From NCBI GenBank assembly GCA_964537935.1, contig CAZICT010000002.1:140922-204921 (forward strand): 64,000 bases of DNA, read 5' to 3'. Numbering within the stretch: the stretch's first letter is position 1; each line of letters begins with the position of its first letter. The stretch is from an uncultured Candidatus Saccharibacteria bacterium. Lineage in GTDB: Bacteria; Patescibacteriota; Saccharimonadia; Saccharimonadales; CAZICT01. Made by a program: the position numbers and the translations under genes. The notes under the pieces are model-generated. The model was not told the DNA's origin and made no database searches. It saw only the letters and a list, made by a program, of their open reading frames with translations. Positions 19,481 through 28,378 of this stretch are shown in pieces.

Positions 19481-19699
19481 CCTGCCGTTGAGCTGACACT
19501 CTTTTATTATCTTATATACGTGGGTTCTGAGTGTGCCGGCAAAAGCTGCGTTAGGTGCTCTAACGACTATATTTTTGCCTTTTACGGCCACTGGAACATC
19601 GGCATCAAAATATCGTTTAATATACGCTTTGACCGCAGTTACCTCACGTGGCTCATCGAAGTTTTTGTTTGATAAAATCGTAAATATTGATTCAGTCAC
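19460..19699 (-). CDS. DUF721/DciA-like small protein
   Basis: NIVVRAPNAAFAGTLRTHVYKIIKECQLNGRLIIRVG resembles the DUF721 C-terminal pattern (L.v.v.s.a.a.eL......i...i......i.i.vg). Confidence 0.45.
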   Translation of the reverse strand: MTESIFTILSNKNFDEPREVTAVKAYIKRYFDADVPVAVKGKNIVVRAPNAAFAGTLRTHVYKIIKECQLNGRLIIRVG

Positions 19700-19747
19700 C
19701 TGACTATTATACCCCTTGCACTGTGCTGCCGGTGTTAGAATAAGTTG

Positions 19748-20779
19748 ATGCCGGAGTTACCAGAAGTAGAGACCATTCGTACCGGATTAGCGGCATTGCT
19801 GCCCGGTAAAGCGGTCAGTAATGTGTGGCACGACTGGGCAAAGTCGTTTCCCAATGCTGAGGAGGACGTAAAAGCGTTCCTTATCGGAGCGCGGGTTATT
19901 GATGTACGGCGCCGGGCAAAGGTGCTGATAATCGATCTAAGTAGTGCGTATTCTTTGGTTATTCACTTAAAAATGACCGGTCAGATGGTGTATAAGAGCC
20001 AAAACGAGCACTTTGGTGCCGGTCATCCGACGGACTCGCTCATCGGACAACTGCCTGATAAGTCCACCAGAGTAATATTTTGTTTAAGTGAAAAAGAAGC
20101 GCCGCCTGATCTGAATGCCAGGAAACAGCGAAGTGCGGAAGAAAATGTGCAAAAAGCACACGGCATGAATACTGAAGCTGTTGGCACCGTAATCGACCAG
20201 GAGCGCTGGCAGAGTTTTGGGCTTCGGCCAAAAGCAACCCGGTGTGACGTTCATCTTTTTTTTAATGATCAGCGGAAGTTCGGTTGGGTAAGGCTTATAC
20301 CTACCGCGGAGATTCCAAACATAGACTTTATGCGTAAGGTAGGGCCCGAGCCGTTAAGCACTGAATTTACTCCTAGTATTTTTATAGAACGTGTACGAAG
20401 GCGCAAAAACTCGAACATCAAAGCGGTATTACTCGACCAGACAGTAATTGCCGGCATCGGTAACATATACGCTGACGAAAGTTTATGGGCGGCAAAGATA
20501 CATCCGTTGACGCTTGTAAAAGATTTATCAGAGCAAAATCTGCAGGTTTTATATAAGGAAATAAGGGATGTGCTGCGATTGAGTATCGAAAAGGGCGGGT
20601 CCTCCGACAGAAACTACGTTGATGCGGCGGGCAGAAAGGGAAGCTATCTGAATTTTGCAAACGTCTTTCGTCGTGAAGGGCAGCCATGTAATCGTTGCGG
20701 CACTATAATTATTAAAACCAGAGTTGCCGGCCGCGGTACTCATATTTGCCCCAACTGCCAGAAAGAGATTAAACGATGA
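19748..20779 (+). CDS. mutM: formamidopyrimidine-DNA glycosylase (Fpg/MutM) with ~50-aa internal insertion
   Basis: PELPEVE N-terminus: the catalytic Pro2 requires the ATG at 19748, not the TTG at 19745. Also H2TH (GIGNIYADESLW) and a C-terminal zinc finger (CNRCG...CPNCQ). Confidence 0.9.
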   Translation: MPELPEVETIRTGLAALLPGKAVSNVWHDWAKSFPNAEEDVKAFLIGARVIDVRRRAKVLIIDLSSAYSLVIHLKMTGQMVYKSQNEHFGAGHPTDSLIGQLPDKSTRVIFCLSEKEAPPDLNARKQRSAEENVQKAHGMNTEAVGTVIDQERWQSFGLRPKATRCDVHLFFNDQRKFGWVRLIPTAEIPNIDFMRKVGPEPLSTEFTPSIFIERVRRRKNSNIKAVLLDQTVIAGIGNIYADESLWAAKIHPLTLVKDLSEQNLQVLYKEIRDVLRLSIEKGGSSDRNYVDAAGRKGSYLNFANVFRREGQPCNRCGTIIIKTRVAGRGTHICPNCQKEIKR

Positions 20780-21702
20780 TAGTAACATTAACCGGTAATA
20801 ATTCTTATGAGTTGCAGCAGGGGCTTAAGGCAATCGAAAGTTCGTTCATTGAAGACTATGGAGACATGGGGCTGGAGCGTCTGGACTGTGAAGAAGTGGA
20901 CTATGACCGAATTCGGGAAAGTATTGAGAGCATGCCATTTTTAGCCAGTAAAAAAATGGTCGTTTTACGGACGCCGAGCGCTCAAAAAGAGTTCGTTGAA
21001 CATGCTGAGGATTTACTAGCCACACTTGATGACACGACTGACGTGGTTATTGTCGAGCCGCAGCTTGATAAGCGCTCTCGCTACTACAAATTTTTAAAAA
21101 ACCGGACGGAATTCAAAGAGTTTAATGAGCTTGATGAAGCGGGGCTTGCTTCATGGATGATGGCTTTAGTAAAAGAAAAGGGCGGTACGCTTTCATCGGC
21201 CGATGCCCGTTATATTGTTCGGCGGGTCGGACTAAATCAGCGACTTATCGAACAGGAACTTAACAAACTGGTCATTTATAAGCCGCAAATAACAAAAGAA
21301 ACGATAGACCTATTAATAGAGCCGACACCTCAGAGTACAATTTTTGAATTAATTGATGCGGCGTTAAGCGGAGATGTTGGCACGACCATCCGGATATATG
21401 AGGAACAACGCGCACTAAAGGTCGAGCCTGTACAAATAATTGCGCTACTTGCCTGGCAGCTCCATGTGCTAGCGGTTATCGTTTATGCTGGCGATCGATC
21501 GCTGCAAGCAATCGCTCAAGAGGCTAAAATCAATCCGTACGTAATTAGAAAAAGTAGTGCGGTTGCAAAAGGGCTGAATAAACAAATAGTCAAGCATCTC
21601 ATCCATGAATTACATGCTTTAGACGTGCGCATGAAAAGCGAATCGATAGATGCTGATGAGGCGCTTATCCACTATCTAACGACAATGAAAAACCCGCACT
21701 GA
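20776..21702 (+). CDS. holA: DNA polymerase III delta subunit
   Basis: Size (308 aa), LTGNNSYELQQ N-terminus, FLASKKMVVLR and a helical C-terminal domain are typical of HolA. ATGA overlap with mutM. Confidence 0.7.
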   Translation: MIVTLTGNNSYELQQGLKAIESSFIEDYGDMGLERLDCEEVDYDRIRESIESMPFLASKKMVVLRTPSAQKEFVEHAEDLLATLDDTTDVVIVEPQLDKRSRYYKFLKNRTEFKEFNELDEAGLASWMMALVKEKGGTLSSADARYIVRRVGLNQRLIEQELNKLVIYKPQITKETIDLLIEPTPQSTIFELIDAALSGDVGTTIRIYEEQRALKVEPVQIIALLAWQLHVLAVIVYAGDRSLQAIAQEAKINPYVIRKSSAVAKGLNKQIVKHLIHELHALDVRMKSESIDADEALIHYLTTMKNPH

Positions 21703-21737
21703 TTGCGCGGGCTTTAACATAGTCTGGCTGCCTGGGG

Positions 21738-22124
21738 CTACTTAGATTTCTTAGTAGTGGTTTTCTTGGTAGTTGTCTTTTTTGCAGTTGATTTAGCTGC
21801 AGGCTTTTTAGCCGTCGACTTCTTTGCGGCCGGTTTGGTAGCAGTTTTCTTCTTGGTTGTAGCTTTTACGCCATTAGCTTTAGCTTTGGCTGCAAGCTGT
21901 TTTTTCTTGCGTGCGGCTTTATTTTTGCTGACGACGCCTTTCTTGACTGCTTTATCGAGCTCACTTTGAGCCTTGGCCTGTGCTTCTGCGGTCTTGCCAT
22001 TGCCGGTTATGCTTGCGTGAAAAGCCTTTAGCGCGGTCTTCAGGCTACGTTTGGTTTTAGCATTGCGGACAGTAGCTTTGCGCGCAACCTTTACTCTTTT
22101 CTTGGCTGATTTGATGATTGGCAT
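21738..22124 (-). CDS. rpsT: 30S ribosomal protein S20 with ~45-aa K/A/T-rich C-terminal tail
   Basis: MPIIKSAKKRVKVARKATVRNAKTKRSLKTALKAF is the S20 N-terminus. The tail is AAKAKANGVKATTKKKTATKPAAKKSTAKKPAAKSTAKKTTTKKTTTKKSK. AAGAGGA SD present. Confidence 0.9.
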   Translation of the reverse strand: MPIIKSAKKRVKVARKATVRNAKTKRSLKTALKAFHASITGNGKTAEAQAKAQSELDKAVKKGVVSKNKAARKKKQLAAKAKANGVKATTKKKTATKPAAKKSTAKKPAAKSTAKKTTTKKTTTKKSK

Positions 22125-22322
22125 ATATAAGTAATCCTCTTAGTGGTTACATTTAAATTGTCGGACTTGAATATACATGGTATTGATAGCAATGTAAAGA
22201 GGAGTTACCCATAAATCAGTAAAGTAAGACCTAAGGGGTTGCACTCAAGATTTATAACTAGACATCGCTTATGTTTTGTGGTATTCTCACACTTATAGGA
22301 TTAAAAATTAAAAAACAAAAAA

Positions 22323-24122
22323 ATGGAAAAGCCTAAAAAACAGCTTGTTAACCGATTAAGAGAATCGAATAACGTTCTGATTACCGTCAGTCGCAATCCG
22401 TCGGTTGATCAGCTTGCAGCTGCTATCGGTTTAACTCTTGTCGTTAATGCACTTGGTAAGCACGGGACTGCTGTTTTTAGCGGAAAAGTGCCATCGGTAC
22501 TCGAATTTTTACAGCCTGATGAAACCATAGAGAAGAACACCGATAGTTTGCGCGATTTTATTATTTCGCTTGATAAGGCCAAAGCCGATAAGCTGCGCTA
22601 TAAGGTCGAAGATGAAATGGTTAAAATCTTCATAACGCCTTATAAAACTTACATTTCTGATAATGACCTGGTGTTTAGCCAGGGCGATTTTAATGTCGAT
22701 ATGGTGGTTGCGATCGGCGTTCGTGAAAAAGATGAGCTGGATGAAGCGATTACTACTCACGGCAGAATCTTGCACGATGCGACTGTTGTTACGGTAAACA
22801 CTTCAACGAGCGGACAGCTCGGCTCCATTAATTGGATAGATGCTGAAGCCAGCAGTTTGTGTGAAATGTTAGCTGGCGTCAGCCAAGAGCTTAAGGCGGA
22901 TGTGCTTGATGCTCAGATGGCCACAGCCTTCCTTACCGGCATCGTTGCCGAGACGGAAAGATTCAGTAATGAGAAAACCTCATCAGATACCATGAAGGTC
23001 AGTGCGGCATTAATGGCGGCGGGAGCTAACCAACAACTGGTAGCAACTAAATTGCAGCAGCCGGAGCCGGAACCTGAGTCTGAACCGGAGCCAGAGCAGC
23101 AAACTGAATCAGAAGAGCGTGCACAAGAAGATGACAGCCGGCCCGAAGAGCAAAAAGAGAATCAAGAACAAGACCAACAAACTCAAAATACCGACGGAAC
23201 ACTCAGGGTTGAGCATCCGGCTGATGAAGATAGCGAGACTGATCAGTCGAGCGAGCGTGATGATAAAAGTGATTACCCCGTATTTGACGAAACTTTGCCG
23301 CCTCTCAAAGGTGGTGCAGAAAATACCGAAGACACAGGAAACGCAGGAGATCAATCAGGCCAGGACGCAAAACAGCAAAAAACGCGAGGCAGTCAATTTA
23401 TGACCGATGCTCCTTCGCGTAGCGGTACATTAACCGCGAACGGACTCCCGGACAAGGGCAGTGAGCCTTATGATCCGCTAAAGCAACCGTCTGAGCAGTC
23501 ACTCTTAAATCGTGACGAAGTGCGTGATGAAGGCTCACAAGAAGAGGATTCAAAACAACAAACCGCTGAGAGGTCGGAAAGCCAAGATAATTCCAATCCG
23601 CCGGCAGACGAAAAAGATCAACCAGACCCTGCAGAAGCACCGGAACTTCCTATTCCCGACACCCAAACACTCACTGACTTAGAACAGGCGGTAGACAGTC
23701 CTCATATTTCAAAAGATGATAAGCAGGAAAAAAACGTGACTAATTCGGTTGGTGATACGCCACCTGACACTGAAGACGCGCGGCGGGCGGTAGAGCAGGC
23801 AATGAGCTCCAACCCGAACAGTCCCTTAAAGCCAGTTGAAAGCCTGAACGCATCAGGACATATGGATGTTAATCATGATGATAAGGGCAATCAGGATGCT
23901 CAGCAAAATAACGGCATACATATTGATCCATCCACCGGTGAGATACAGTTTCACCCAATAGCTTCTGAAGTTCCAAAGCAGAATAACAGCGGCATTGGAG
24001 ATTTAGATAAAAAGCAGCAAAATACCCCCCCACCGGTTCCGCCACCCATGATGCCGCCGCTTCCGCCGTCAGAACCAAACCAGAACGGCAACGGCCCAAC
24101 GCTCCCACCGGTAAATTACTAA
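22323..24122 (+). CDS. hypothetical protein: degenerate DHH-like N-terminal domain plus ~370-aa acidic/Pro-rich disordered tail
   Basis: NNVLITVSRNPSVDQLAAAIGLTLVVNALGK resembles DHH motifs I-II, but the metal-binding His/Asp positions are replaced. The C-terminal part is E/D/Q/P-rich (PEPEPESEPEPEQQ...PPPVPPPMMPPLPP). Confidence 0.5.
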   Translation: MEKPKKQLVNRLRESNNVLITVSRNPSVDQLAAAIGLTLVVNALGKHGTAVFSGKVPSVLEFLQPDETIEKNTDSLRDFIISLDKAKADKLRYKVEDEMVKIFITPYKTYISDNDLVFSQGDFNVDMVVAIGVREKDELDEAITTHGRILHDATVVTVNTSTSGQLGSINWIDAEASSLCEMLAGVSQELKADVLDAQMATAFLTGIVAETERFSNEKTSSDTMKVSAALMAAGANQQLVATKLQQPEPEPESEPEPEQQTESEERAQEDDSRPEEQKENQEQDQQTQNTDGTLRVEHPADEDSETDQSSERDDKSDYPVFDETLPPLKGGAENTEDTGNAGDQSGQDAKQQKTRGSQFMTDAPSRSGTLTANGLPDKGSEPYDPLKQPSEQSLLNRDEVRDEGSQEEDSKQQTAERSESQDNSNPPADEKDQPDPAEAPELPIPDTQTLTDLEQAVDSPHISKDDKQEKNVTNSVGDTPPDTEDARRAVEQAMSSNPNSPLKPVESLNASGHMDVNHDDKGNQDAQQNNGIHIDPSTGEIQFHPIASEVPKQNNSGIGDLDKKQQNTPPPVPPPMMPPLPPSEPNQNGNGPTLPPVNY

Positions 24123-24152
24123 CTACTCTATTGACGCGTTACAATCAATTAA

Positions 24153-24839
24153 ATGGATGGATTACTATTAATTGATAAACCCAAAAACTGGACCAGCTTT
24201 GACGTCGTCGCTAAGGTGCGTGGCATTATCCGCGGCGAAACCGGCCAAAAAAAGCCAAAAGTGGGGCATACCGGTACGCTGGACCCGCTAGCTACGGGGC
24301 TGCTGGTGCTGACTATCGGTTCGTACTGCAAACGGGCCGGCGAGTTCAGCAAGCTTGATAAGGTGTATGAGGTTGAAATGCGTCTCGGCCAAACCAGCAC
24401 AACCGGCGATGAAGAAGGGGAGAAGATAGAAGGTGGAAGTCGGAAGGTGGAAGAGGGCGAACTTCTACAGGTGCTTCGGTCATTTGAGGGGGATAATATG
24501 CAAACGCCGCCTAAATATTCGGCCATAAAGGTTAATGGCCAGCCAGCTTACAAACTGGCTCGTGCCGGCAAAGAGGTAAAATTAGAGCCTCGGCCAGTCA
24601 CTATCCATGCAATCGATCTGACCGGCTACGATTATCCGATCGTCAAATTCACAGTGCATGTATCCAGCGGGACCTATATCCGTTCGCTGGTAGAAGATAT
24701 CGGCAACATCTTAGGTACTGGTGCCTACATGAGTAATCTAAGGCGTGTAAGAGTCGGTAATTTTTTAGTTCAAGATTCACAAACCATAGAAGGTCTATCC
24801 GGTGAGCGAATACATAAATGTATTCAAAAATTTGATTAA
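24153..24839 (+). CDS. truB: tRNA pseudouridine(55) synthase
   Basis: GLLLIDKPKNWTSFDVV and the catalytic-Asp motif GHTGTLDPLATGLLVL. Confidence 0.9.
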   Translation: MDGLLLIDKPKNWTSFDVVAKVRGIIRGETGQKKPKVGHTGTLDPLATGLLVLTIGSYCKRAGEFSKLDKVYEVEMRLGQTSTTGDEEGEKIEGGSRKVEEGELLQVLRSFEGDNMQTPPKYSAIKVNGQPAYKLARAGKEVKLEPRPVTIHAIDLTGYDYPIVKFTVHVSSGTYIRSLVEDIGNILGTGAYMSNLRRVRVGNFLVQDSQTIEGLSGERIHKCIQKFD

Positions 24840-24907
24840 CAGGGGGATGTGTGGTATATTCCTCCTAACGCCATCAATTCTCGTAAAAAGTAAGTTAAAG
24901 GAACTAC

Positions 24908-25174
24908 ATGATTTCAGCAGAGAAGAAAAGCAAGGTTATTGCTGATTTGCAAACCAATAAGAATGACACCGGCGGCAGCGCTGTCCAGGTTGGTATTTTG
25001 ACCGAACGTATTAAAGAGCTCACTGAGCACCTGAAAGCCAATAAGCACGACTACATGGCCCGACGCGGTTTGCTTCAGGCTGTCGGTAAGCGCAAACGAC
25101 TACTTAAATATATAGCTGAGCACGACAGCAAGCAGTACCTGGATTTGATCAAAAAACTCGGTATTCGCCGCTAA
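24908..25174 (+). CDS. rpsO: 30S ribosomal protein S15
   Basis: DTGGSAVQVGILTERIKELTEHLKANKHDYMARRGLLQAVGKRKRLLKYI is the S15 signature. Sits upstream of pnp, as in many bacteria. Confidence 0.92.
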   Translation: MISAEKKSKVIADLQTNKNDTGGSAVQVGILTERIKELTEHLKANKHDYMARRGLLQAVGKRKRLLKYIAEHDSKQYLDLIKKLGIRR

Positions 25175-25368
25175 TTTGCATAAACGGAGGCGTCTTCAAA
25201 TTGAGACGCTACGCTTGTGCACATTAACTAAAAGCAGAGCAAACAGCTTCGACACCAGATCCCAGATATACTTTGCCGTCGAAAATTTTATCAGCACAAG
25301 CGGGTAATCAGTATATTTGCAATCTGTGTGTTGAGTTCCGCTCATCCTTAAGAGAAAGGTTCATTTAA

Positions 25369-27531
25369 ATGGGACAAACTATTAATCCATTCGGAAAAGA
25401 CATCATCAGCGTCAGTACGGAGCTATGTGGTAAAACTCTAACACTTGAAGTAGGGCGCGTCGGTTTCCGCACAAGCGCCAGTGTACTGGTGCGTTACGGT
25501 GAAACCGTGGTACTCGGTACCGCTATGGTCGGTAACAGCGCTTCGCATATGGACTATTTCCCGCTTAGTATTGATTATGAAGAGAAAATGTATGCTGCCG
25601 GAAAGATTAGCGGCTCCCGGTTTATTAAAAGAGAAGGCCGCCCCTCAGACGAGGCGGTGCTGATAGGCCGCATAATCGATAGACCGATTCGACCGCTCTG
25701 GCCTAAGGGCTACCGTTATGAAGTTCAGGGAGTGGCATCTGTTCTTAGTATGGATCCGGAATTTCGCCCGGACATGGTTGCCATGATTGCTGTTAGTGCT
25801 GCCTTTATGCTTACTGGCGCTCCTTTTGAGGGGCCGGTGGCTGGCTTGCGTGTGGGCAGAATTGACGGTCAGTTCATTCCGTTTGCCAGTCCTTCGCAAT
25901 TCACAGAAGGCGACCTGGATCTCGTAGTTGCCGGTACCGAAGAGGCGATTATGATGGTCGAGGCGGGAGCCAACGAGGTCAGTGAAGAAGATATAGCCGA
26001 GGCGTTAGCTTTTGCCCATAAAGAAATGCAACCGGCGATAGCGCTTCAAAAAGAATTGATTGAAAAAGTTGGAGTTACTAAGCAAGAATACGAACTGGTA
26101 CTGCCTGATGAAGCTGTTCAAAAAGCAGTTGAAGCGTGGGTTGATGGACGATTGGGCGCCGGACTTCGCGCTCCTTATCCGGAACGCAATGTGCTGGTGC
26201 AAAAACTACGTGAAGATTTTCATGCTGCCTTCGAAGAACAGCTTGGCGAAGAAGAATACAAAGAGCTTCGAGACGAATATAATGAGGCTTTTACAATGGC
26301 GCTTCATCATGATGTACGCAAGGGCATCGTTGAAGAGAGCATTCGTCCTGATGGCCGTAAGCTTGATGAGATACGTCCATTATCCAGTGAAGTCGGTATT
26401 TTACCGCGCGTACATGGCTCAAGCTTATTCACCCGCGGTGTGACCCAGGCCATGAACATCGTAACACTGGCGCCTCTTAGCTATTCTCAAGTAGTCGATA
26501 CTATGGAAAAAGACGAGGAGCGCCGGTACTTCCATCACTATAACGCTCCTGGCTATACGGTTGGTGAAGTTCGACGTCTCGGTAGTCCCGGACGCCGCGA
26601 AATCGGTCACGGCTATTTAGCAGAACGTGCACTTCAGCCAGTATTACCAAGCGAATCGGAGTTCCCTTATGCCATCCGGTCGGTTACTGAAATTATGAGT
26701 CAAAACGGCAGCACCAGCATGGCCGCTACTTGCGCCAGCTGTTTGGCATTAATGGATGCCGGAGTGCCGATTAAGCGCCCGGTAAGCGGTATTGCGATGG
26801 GACTTATGATGGACGGCGATAAACCCTATATCTTAAGCGATATTGCCGATGCTGAAGATTTTGCCGGTGATATGGATTTTAAGGTTACCGGAACCACCGA
26901 GGGCATAACTGCGCTTCAGATGGACATGAAAGTGCACGGTCTCAGCCCGGAAATTCTTAAGTCAGCCCTGCTTCAAGGCAAAGAAGGCCGTAATTATATT
27001 CTTTCTCATATGCTTTCAACGCTTAGTGAGTACCGTAATGAGCTCAGCCCGCATGCGCCGCGTGTAGAATCCATCAAGATTAATCCGGAAAAAATCCGGG
27101 AAGTTATCGGTAAGGGCGGTGAAACAATTAATAAGATCATTGCTGAAACCGGCGCTGAAATCGATATAAAAGACGACGGTACGGTTATGATTGCCAGCCC
27201 AAATAAAGAATCGATTGACGCTGCTCGGCAGTTTATACAGCATCTGACCGAAGAGCCTGAAGTAGGACGGATTTATGACAACTGTCGTGTGGTCAGTGTA
27301 TTGGAGTTTGGAGCTTTCGTTGAGATATTGCCCGGTAAAGAAGGCTTGGTCCATGTCAGTGAAATGAAGGAAGAGCGCGTTAACAAACCGAGTGACGTGG
27401 TATCCGAAGGCGATAAAGTATCCGTAAAACTCGTAGCCATAGACGACCGCGGACGGCTGCAGCTCAGCATGAAAGCGGTGGCTAGAGAAAGGAGCAAAAA
27501 TAATGGCAGTAAAGAAAACAGCAGCAAATAA
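25369..27531 (+). CDS. pnp: polyribonucleotide nucleotidyltransferase (PNPase)
   Basis: Two RNase PH-like domains, then KH (IREVIGKGGETINKI) and S1 (GAFVEILPGKEGLVHVSE) domains. 720 aa. Confidence 0.93.
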   Translation: MGQTINPFGKDIISVSTELCGKTLTLEVGRVGFRTSASVLVRYGETVVLGTAMVGNSASHMDYFPLSIDYEEKMYAAGKISGSRFIKREGRPSDEAVLIGRIIDRPIRPLWPKGYRYEVQGVASVLSMDPEFRPDMVAMIAVSAAFMLTGAPFEGPVAGLRVGRIDGQFIPFASPSQFTEGDLDLVVAGTEEAIMMVEAGANEVSEEDIAEALAFAHKEMQPAIALQKELIEKVGVTKQEYELVLPDEAVQKAVEAWVDGRLGAGLRAPYPERNVLVQKLREDFHAAFEEQLGEEEYKELRDEYNEAFTMALHHDVRKGIVEESIRPDGRKLDEIRPLSSEVGILPRVHGSSLFTRGVTQAMNIVTLAPLSYSQVVDTMEKDEERRYFHHYNAPGYTVGEVRRLGSPGRREIGHGYLAERALQPVLPSESEFPYAIRSVTEIMSQNGSTSMAATCASCLALMDAGVPIKRPVSGIAMGLMMDGDKPYILSDIADAEDFAGDMDFKVTGTTEGITALQMDMKVHGLSPEILKSALLQGKEGRNYILSHMLSTLSEYRNELSPHAPRVESIKINPEKIREVIGKGGETINKIIAETGAEIDIKDDGTVMIASPNKESIDAARQFIQHLTEEPEVGRIYDNCRVVSVLEFGAFVEILPGKEGLVHVSEMKEERVNKPSDVVSEGDKVSVKLVAIDDRGRLQLSMKAVARERSKNNGSKENSSK

Positions 27532-27703
27532 CCGTCAATCTTCAAAAATATTTTCAATGCTTGGGCTGGGAGCTGTGAGCTTGGCCATAGCTTACGGTTT
27601 CGCATCCTGGGCAATCGACAGCGGCAGTTTGTGGCATTATTTCCTTACATTAGTCAGTTTAAGTGTGGCCGTCCGTTTCTTCGTCCGAGCATTCAATAAC
27701 TAA
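27503..27703 (+). CDS. small two-TM membrane protein (66 aa), overlaps pnp 3' end by 29 nt
   Basis: AAAGGAG SD 8 nt upstream of the ATG. Two hydrophobic helices (IFSMLGLGAVSLAIAYGFASWAI, WHYFLTLVSLSVAVRFFV). Confidence 0.5.
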   Translation: MAVKKTAANNRQSSKIFSMLGLGAVSLAIAYGFASWAIDSGSLWHYFLTLVSLSVAVRFFVRAFNN

Positions 27704-27709
27704 ACTTAT

Positions 27710-28345
27710 ATGACCATAACCGACAAGCAAAACCGACTCAATGCCCTGGCTACTGTCATTCAAGATAAGCAAGTATGCCAGGAACTCGCCAAACAGGCGA
27801 CCCAGTTGGTGTTCGGCGACGGAAACCCTGATGCGGAAATCGTATTTATCGGAGAAGCGCCTGGTAAGAATGAAGATATACAGGGTAAACCTTTTGTCGG
27901 GGCGGCAGGGAAGTTTCTTAACGAGATGCTTCAGATGATCAACCTGGAGCGAAGTGACGTGTACATTACCAATATTGTTAAATATCGACCACCCAATAAC
28001 CGCGATCCCATGCCTAAGGAAAAGGCCGAATTCCTTCCGTATTTACAGGCCCAGCTGGAAATAATTCAACCGAAAATAGTGGTGACTCTTGGTCGCCACA
28101 GCATGAATTGCTTCCTGCCGGACTTGCAAATCAGTCAAGTCCACGGACAACCAAAACGTATTCGCATAGGGTTTCAGAAAAAAACCGACGGACAGTCAGG
28201 CGGGAAAATTGAAAAGAATTCAGAATCTTTTCCGCTCGTGATTTTACCTCTGTTTCACCCGGCGGCGGCGTTATATAACGGGGCTCTTCGGCAAACTCTT
28301 ATAGATGACTTTGCTGCAATTCCCCAAATTTTACAGAAAATATAA
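27710..28345 (+). CDS. uracil-DNA glycosylase, family 4
   Basis: GDGNPDAEIVFIGEAPGKNEDIQGKPFVGAAGKFL is the family-4 UDG motif A, and HPAAALYN is the C-terminal motif. Confidence 0.8.
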   Translation: MTITDKQNRLNALATVIQDKQVCQELAKQATQLVFGDGNPDAEIVFIGEAPGKNEDIQGKPFVGAAGKFLNEMLQMINLERSDVYITNIVKYRPPNNRDPMPKEKAEFLPYLQAQLEIIQPKIVVTLGRHSMNCFLPDLQISQVHGQPKRIRIGFQKKTDGQSGGKIEKNSESFPLVILPLFHPAAALYNGALRQTLIDDFAAIPQILQKI

Positions 28346-28378
28346 GTTTTTACTGCAAACAGCAGAAAGGAAACAACA

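Noticed and set aside
21693-21711. CCCGC-N9-GCGGG between the convergent holA and rpsT genes could be a bidirectional terminator.
   Set aside because: The stem is 5 bp, the stop codon lies in the loop and the flanking U-tracts are poor. The evidence is insufficient.
21738-23110. Short periodic DNA repeats (the AAGAAA/ACC-rich tract at 21740-21900 and the CCGGAGCC/GAACC tract at 23060-23100) could be CRISPR-like or tandem-repeat elements.
   Set aside because: Both are in-frame low-complexity coding sequence (the K/T/A tail of S20 and the PEPEPESEPEPE linker). There is no repeat-spacer periodicity.
25190-25209. The hairpin GCGTCT-N8-AGACGC just after rpsO could be a terminator.
   Set aside because: The stem is only 6 bp and no T-tract follows. 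It is at most a weak attenuator and is not reported as a feature.
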